From Candidatus Danuiimicrobium aquiferis (GTDB taxonomy: Bacteria; Omnitrophota; Omnitrophia; Omnitrophales; Danuiimicrobiaceae), in assembly GCA_001804285.1 (NCBI GenBank), contig MHFR01000060.1, positions 34,442 through 98,441 of the forward strand: DNA of 64,000 nt. The letters run 5' to 3'. Below the pieces are notes generated by a model. That model searched no databases, had not been told where the DNA came from, and was given only the letters and a program-made list of their open reading frames with translations. Made by a program: the position numbers and the translations under genes. This document shows positions 59,143 to 64,000 of this stretch, piece after piece; position 1 is the stretch's first letter; each line of letters opens with the position of its first letter.

Positions 59143-60482
59143 TGAGAAATCCTCTTGAGTTCCGAAACGAACCGATCCATTTCTGCCTTTGATTTGGTTT
59201 CAGTCGCGCAAAAAACCGTTTGGTTCTTTAAGGTGGGATAAAATCTTTCAAGATCAAGGCCGCCGATCATTCCTCGTTTACGCAATTCCCCGTTTATCTT
59301 CTGTATCGGTTTCGAAAATTTCACGACAAACTCGTTAAAGATAGTTCCTTTCGTTAAAACTTCGATTCCGGGTACCGCGCCAAGTGAATCCCGCAAATAA
59401 TTCGCATTCTCCAAATTCAGCTCCGCAATTTGCTTCACACCGGACTCGCCTAACGTCGCTAAATAAACACAGGCCATCATGGCACAAAGCGCCTGATTGG
59501 AACAAATATTCGACGGCGCTTTTTCGCGCCGGATATGCTGCTCGCGCGCCTGCAGTGTCAAACAAAACGCCCGTCGGCCTTCATGGTCTTTCGTCATCCC
59601 AACCAATCTTCCCGGAATACGCCTCATCAGAGCTTTCGTCGTCACTAAATATCCCAGCCATGGTCCGCCGAAACCGGGAACAATACCGAGCGGCTGCCCT
59701 TCTCCGCAAGCAATATCTGCGTGCCATTCTCCGGGACTTTTGAAAAATCCAAAGGAAAGAGGATGTCCCATCATAATGAGAAGCGAACCGTTTGCGTGCA
59801 CCAGCTTTTCAATTTCCGTCAAGTCTTCGACAAGGCCAAAAAAGTTCGGAGATTGAATAACCACCGCGGCAATTTCCGGGCTGAGCTTCTTTTTAAAATC
59901 GTTCAAATCAAATGCAAAATCTGGAGAAAACGAAACTTCTTCTAAAACCCCATGCGTTCCCTGTAAATAAGTTCTCGCCACCAACCGATATTCGGGATGG
60001 ACGGAAGATGCGATGAGGATATTATTCCGCCGGGTATGATTCAATGCCATCATCAAGGATTCGGCAAGGGCTGTTGCTCCGTCGTAATGCGAACCGTTCG
60101 AAACCTCGAGCCCCGTTAGCTCACACATCAGACTTTGATATTCAAACAACATTTGGAGCGATCCCTGAGAAGCCTCGGGCTGATAGGGCGTATAGGCTGT
60201 ATAAAACTCAGACCTGCTCACCACATGACGGACAATCGAGGGAATAAAATGTTCATAACATCCGCTTCCCAAAAATGAAAGATTCTGCTTTAACGTAATA
60301 TTTTGGCCGGCTAATTCGCAAAACCATTTTTGCGCATCAAGTTCACTTAATGCTTCCGGCAAATTTATTTTCGGATTCCTCAGTTTTTCGGGAATGCATT
60401 TGAGCATCTCGCCGAAATGTTGGACTCCGATTTCAGCAAGCATTTGGTGTTGATCTTCGGAAGTTAAGGGAAAGTTTTCCAT
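59139..60482 (-). CDS. gcvPA: Glycine dehydrogenase (decarboxylating) subunit 1
   Basis: GcvP N-terminal subunit family. 4-nt overlap with gcvPB. Confidence 0.9.
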   Translation of the reverse strand: MENFPLTSEDQHQMLAEIGVQHFGEMLKCIPEKLRNPKINLPEALSELDAQKWFCELAGQNITLKQNLSFLGSGCYEHFIPSIVRHVVSRSEFYTAYTPYQPEASQGSLQMLFEYQSLMCELTGLEVSNGSHYDGATALAESLMMALNHTRRNNILIASSVHPEYRLVARTYLQGTHGVLEEVSFSPDFAFDLNDFKKKLSPEIAAVVIQSPNFFGLVEDLTEIEKLVHANGSLLIMMGHPLSFGFFKSPGEWHADIACGEGQPLGIVPGFGGPWLGYLVTTKALMRRIPGRLVGMTKDHEGRRAFCLTLQAREQHIRREKAPSNICSNQALCAMMACVYLATLGESGVKQIAELNLENANYLRDSLGAVPGIEVLTKGTIFNEFVVKFSKPIQKINGELRKRGMIGGLDLERFYPTLKNQTVFCATETKSKAEMDRFVSELKRISQ

Positions 60483-60489
60483 CAGCTGA

Positions 60490-60876
60490 CTAAACTCCCT
60501 GTTTAATCACTTGCTCATATTGAGCACTTGTCATCAGGGAATCCCACTCCTCGACATTCGAGGGTGATAATTCAAACAACCAAGCGCTGCCATAAGGATC
60601 CCGATTGATCAACCCGGGATCCGATTCAAGAGCGGTATTGATGGCTTTAATGACACCGCTCATCGGGGCATAAATATCGAAAGCGGCCTTCACAGATTCG
60701 ACGATACAAACCGGTTTTCCGCTTTCAATCGAATTGCCGACATGCGGAAGCTCGACATAAACGACATCTGTAATTTCATGTTGCGCATATTCCGTGATTC
60801 CTACTTTAATCACATTCCCGTCCCGCCTCACCCACTCATGCGTCTTCGTGTAACGCAATTCATTCGGATAATTCAT
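60490..60876 (-). CDS. gcvH: Glycine cleavage system H protein
   Basis: 'VESVKAAFDIYAPMSG' lipoyl-lysine motif. Confidence 0.9.
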   Translation of the reverse strand: MNYPNELRYTKTHEWVRRDGNVIKVGITEYAQHEITDVVYVELPHVGNSIESGKPVCIVESVKAAFDIYAPMSGVIKAINTALESDPGLINRDPYGSAWLFELSPSNVEEWDSLMTSAQYEQVIKQGV

Positions 60877-60937
60877 CCTATCACCTGTTTGAGTAAGAGC
60901 GCCTGTTTGATATCGCCTGTTTGCGCTCTTACCCTTT

Positions 60938-60973
60938 TTAAAAAAAGAGTCCGCGATTTTTTACAAATCGCGG
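60938..60973 (-). terminator. Intra-operon intrinsic terminator/attenuator between gcvT and gcvH (CCGCGATTTGTAAAAAATCGCGG + U-run), followed by a second hairpin and three direct CAAACAGG(C/T)G repeats before the gcvH start
   Basis: Direct reading of 60877-61009 on the minus strand. Confidence 0.55.
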
Positions 60974-61009
60974 AACAAACAGGCAATGGGATCATAGAAT
61001 TTCCTATTT

Positions 61010-62131
61010 TCATTTTTGCCTTTTATAAAACGGCGTTTGAATAATTTTTGCCGGATGTAAATTTCCTCGGACTTCGACATCGATATTTTGCCCCACTTGT
61101 GAATAAGGAACTGCAATCAATCCCAGTCCGATATTTTTTTTCAATGTCGGCGAATAGGTACCGCTCGTCACACGTCCGACCGCATCTTCATTTACTTTCA
61201 ACACACAACCTTCACGAGCAATTCCACGACCGACTATTTCAAATCCGACAAGTTTGTGTTTAAGCCCCGCTTCGCGTTGACGCTTCAACGCTTCAAACCC
61301 GATAAAATCTTCTTTCCCCCATCCAATCGCCCACGAAAGCCCCGCTTCAAGCGGTGTAATATCATCTGTCAATTCATGACCGTAAAGACACATTTTTGCT
61401 TCAAGCCTTAATGTATCTCGAGCACCGAAACCGATTGGCTTTAGCCCCATGGGAGCGCCGTGTTCAAAAAATCTCTGCCACAAAGTCACAACCTGATGAA
61501 TGGGGCAAAAAATCTCATAACCCTTTTCACCCGTATAGCCTGTTTCGGATAAAATAATTTCGCCCAAATCCGTTTGAAACGCTTGAAAATGATAATAGGC
61601 CAGTCCTGCTAAATTTCTCGAGAAAACTTTTTCAACGAGATCCTTGGAAAGCGGCCCTTGAACCGAAAGCATTCCGGTTTCAGGGCTCTTGTCCTGCAGT
61701 ACCACATCGAGACTACGATGAGAACCGAACCATGCAAAATCTTTTTCTACATTGGAAGCATTGACCACAATCAAATACCGGTCAACTGCCATTTCATAGA
61801 CAAGGACGTCGTCTACTGTCCCGCCATTTTCACGACAAACGGGACTATATAAAATACGCCCCGGCCAAAGTTTTTCAATATCGTTTGTAATCCATTGATT
61901 CACCAATCGCCGGGCATTTGCCCCGCTCACAAAAAACTCTCCCATGTGGGAAATATCAAAAATCCCGACTGAATGTCTGACTGCCTGATGTTCTTCAATA
62001 ATACTGGTATACTGGATAGGAACAAGCCAACTGCCGAACGCACCGATTCGGGCACCTAATCGTTCGTGTTCTTTGTGTAGCGGCAATTTTTTCAGGTTTG
62101 TTACTTCGTCATGCACTATCGTATCGCTCAT
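61010..62131 (-). CDS. gcvT: Glycine cleavage system aminomethyltransferase T
   Basis: GcvT/folate-binding fold. 373 aa. First gene of the gcvT-H-PA-PB cluster. Confidence 0.9.
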   Translation of the reverse strand: MSDTIVHDEVTNLKKLPLHKEHERLGARIGAFGSWLVPIQYTSIIEEHQAVRHSVGIFDISHMGEFFVSGANARRLVNQWITNDIEKLWPGRILYSPVCRENGGTVDDVLVYEMAVDRYLIVVNASNVEKDFAWFGSHRSLDVVLQDKSPETGMLSVQGPLSKDLVEKVFSRNLAGLAYYHFQAFQTDLGEIILSETGYTGEKGYEIFCPIHQVVTLWQRFFEHGAPMGLKPIGFGARDTLRLEAKMCLYGHELTDDITPLEAGLSWAIGWGKEDFIGFEALKRQREAGLKHKLVGFEIVGRGIAREGCVLKVNEDAVGRVTSGTYSPTLKKNIGLGLIAVPYSQVGQNIDVEVRGNLHPAKIIQTPFYKRQK

Positions 62132-62319
62132 TATAAATAAGTCCGGTTTCCTTAAAATAATTTAAAATAAACGAGTAGAATTGTACCAGAATCTCAGAAT
62201 TTATTGTATGTAAATTTTAGATTGATTTTAGGTTGAATCTCTCTTTGGTCGAAGGAACCGTCCAAAGGTAACTGTTTATTAGGAAATTCTCAGAGAAAAC
62301 AAGGCTGGTATCTCAGTGT

Positions 62320-63231
62320 TTACGTTTCCAGATGGTCAATCAAGTATTGAAAATCTTTCGGGATTTTGGATTCGAAAGAAACATGCTGCTTGGTTTTCGG
62401 GTGCTGAAATCCAAGCAATTTCGCATGAAGCGCCTGACGATGAATAAATTGCGAGTTAATTCCATACACCGAATCACCCAAAACAGGATAGCCCAAACTC
62501 CTTAAATGAACCCGGATTTGATGGGTTCGCCCCGTTTGGGGACGCGCTTCAAGTAAAGTTGCTTTTTTAAAACGTTTGAGAATCCGGAAATTGGTAACCG
62601 CTTCTTTCCCATCGCCTGAAACCGCCACAATCACTTTCTTCCGATTCATGGGCGACCGGGCAAGCGGATCCGAACACTTCATCTCATCATGCTGAACCAC
62701 ACCGCCAACCACCACCCAGTAAATTCTTTCAATATGGTGCGACGAAAATTGATTCGCCAACATTCGGTGAGCCTGATCGTTTTTTGCAATCACAAGCACC
62801 CCCGAAGTATCTTTATCTAACCGGTGGACGATTCCAGGCCTGGCGGCATCACCGACTGTCGAAAGAGATTGGGTATGAAAAAGAAGAGCGTTAACGAGTG
62901 TCCCATCCGGATTTCCGCAGGCAGGATGGACTACCATTCCCGCCGGCTTATCCACAACGATAATCTCTTCGTCCTCATAAAGGATGGTAATCGGGATGTC
63001 TTCCGCGCGCGTCACTTCATCCAGAATAATTTCATATGCAATCGTAATTTGATCACCCGCACAAATATGCGTATGCGCTTTCACGGTCTTGCCGTTGAGT
63101 TCCACCTGGCCCTGTTCGATCAGTTGCTTGATCTTACTCCGGGAAAATTGGATGGCAAATTCTTGCGCAAGGAAATAATCCAAACGCTGATTTGCCTGTT
63201 CAGTTTTAACGATAACTATTTTTTTTTCCAT
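62320..63231 (-). CDS. rluD: 23S rRNA pseudouridine synthase, RluA/RluD family with S4 domain (start taken at 'MEKKIVIV')
   Basis: 'HRLDKDTSGVLVIAKN' catalytic Asp motif. N-terminal S4 domain 'QRLDYFLAQEF'. Confidence 0.85.
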   Translation of the reverse strand: MEKKIVIVKTEQANQRLDYFLAQEFAIQFSRSKIKQLIEQGQVELNGKTVKAHTHICAGDQITIAYEIILDEVTRAEDIPITILYEDEEIIVVDKPAGMVVHPACGNPDGTLVNALLFHTQSLSTVGDAARPGIVHRLDKDTSGVLVIAKNDQAHRMLANQFSSHHIERIYWVVVGGVVQHDEMKCSDPLARSPMNRKKVIVAVSGDGKEAVTNFRILKRFKKATLLEARPQTGRTHQIRVHLRSLGYPVLGDSVYGINSQFIHRQALHAKLLGFQHPKTKQHVSFESKIPKDFQYLIDHLET

Positions 63232-63995
63232 ATTTGAAGAAAATAAATTAAAAATGGGATGCAGACAAACAAGATTCCCAAACTGATCCACTGGGAAACA
63301 GTTAGACTGAGCCACCATTTTTCATTGTCACCCCGGAGGAATTCGATAAAAAATCGAAAAACAGAATAACCCGCAAAATACACGAAAGAAACAAAGCCCA
63401 CGCGCGACCGGTTTTTCCAAATCAAATATAAAAGGATTGCCAGTACAAAACAAAATGCTGACTCATACAGCTGCACGGGATGCACAGGCCCCGCCGGAAA
63501 TGGAAATTGGACGCCCCATGGCAATGTCGTGGATTTCCCAAAACAGCAGCCATTCAAAAAACAACCGATCCGGCCGAATCCTTGCGCGATTGCAAGGCCC
63601 GGAACAAATAAATCCAACAATTTCCAAATATTCAATTTTTTTCTAAAAACATAAACGCAAAATCCGATAACACCGCCTATCAATCCTCCGTAATAGACAA
63701 GCCCGCCCTCCCAAATTTTTAACATATCAACCGGATTGGCCTCATAAAGTTTCCAGAACTGAACGACATAAAAAATACGCGCATTTAAAAAACCTGCAAA
63801 AATCGTTACAAAAGCAAGGTCAACCATCGTTTCAGAGGAAAGATTTACCCGTTTTGCGTGCCGGCGAAGAAACAAAATCGCACACAACACACCGACCGCA
63901 ACGGCCGCGCCGTAAGAATAAATGGTCAAAAATCCGATAGAAAATAATTTGGGATACATTAGCGCCCCCGAAATGCCAGCCACAGAAACAAACAA
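63216..63995 (-). CDS. lgt: Prolipoprotein diacylglyceryl transferase (N-terminus at or near the window edge)
   Basis: 'GFGRIGCFLNGCCFG' Lgt signature. 'YGGLIGG'. Confidence 0.9.
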   Translation of the reverse strand: MFVSVAGISGALMYPKLFSIGFLTIYSYGAAVAVGVLCAILFLRRHAKRVNLSSETMVDLAFVTIFAGFLNARIFYVVQFWKLYEANPVDMLKIWEGGLVYYGGLIGGVIGFCVYVFRKKLNIWKLLDLFVPGLAIAQGFGRIGCFLNGCCFGKSTTLPWGVQFPFPAGPVHPVQLYESAFCFVLAILLYLIWKNRSRVGFVSFVYFAGYSVFRFFIEFLRGDNEKWWLSLTVSQWISLGILFVCIPFLIYFLQIWKKK

Positions 63996-64000
63996 ACCCC

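Noticed and set aside
62132-62319. Glycine riboswitch in the gcvT leader
   Set aside because: By eye, neither strand shows the tandem-aptamer consensus (GGAGAG, ACCGAAGGRGCAA, CUCAGGCAAAAGGAC). Only a generic hairpin is present. A covariance-model search is needed to be sure.
1-64000. CRISPR arrays, rRNA genes, transposases, integrases, prophage structural genes
   Set aside because: No regularly spaced direct repeats with unique spacers, no rRNA-like sequence and no recognisable IS/phage proteins were found. The repeats present are dispersed palindromic elements, not CRISPR.

Overview
This 64 kb window is a gene-dense bacterial chromosomal segment with almost every gene on the minus strand. 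The gene content indicates a diderm (MurJ, TatC, LptF/G, LpxL-family acyltransferase, Lgt). The DUF1570 and PD40 proteins hint at a PVC-type or candidate-phylum lineage, but this is not proven. The housekeeping backbone is: (i) murJ, a CDF transporter and tatC; (ii) yicC-gmk-rpoZ-coaC-coaB; (iii) a complete Gram-positive-style pyrimidine operon pyrR-pyrB-pyrC-carA-carB-pyrK-pyrD-pyrF with a PyrR-type leader attenuator; (iv) RNase P RNA (rnpB) with an expanded internal helix; (v) lptF/G; (vi) a truncated dcw cluster mraZ-(STAS)-rsmH-ftsL-ftsI; (vii) nadD-proA-proB-obg-rpmA-rplU; (viii) uvrD/pcrA, lplA-like, and gcvPB-gcvPA-gcvH-gcvT; (ix) rluD-lgt. Two tRNAs are present: tRNA-Cys(GCA) and tRNA-Pro(CGG). 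Each is flanked by short partial duplications of its own ends. Accessory content includes an AbiEii-like nucleotidyltransferase with an HTH partner, and a small overlapping two-gene module next to tRNA-Pro. Also present are two secreted DUF1570 HExxH proteins, a GT87-like membrane glycosyltransferase, an O-methyltransferase, a PD40 beta-propeller protein, a degenerate GGDEF protein, and a divergent gshA/gshB pair. The most striking locus is an operon encoding a ParA/Soj-type ATPase fused to a C-terminal AMPK-beta/CBM48-like glycogen-binding domain. It is followed by a Walker-A-less MinD-like paralog and two hypothetical proteins, a candidate undescribed cargo-positioning system. Two families of intergenic repeats riddle the window. 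The first is a modular, multi-hairpin MITE-like element of about 190-330 bp with terminal inverted repeats TAGCCCGGAYTTCTCAT, in six full or partial copies. Several copies supply the stop codons of pyrF, gshB, ftsI and proB. The second is a GC-rich perfect-palindrome repeat that translates as the widespread 'ERVRVRG / PLPWGEGRGEGR' artefact, in three copies. No CRISPR array, transposase, rRNA or obvious prophage genes were seen.
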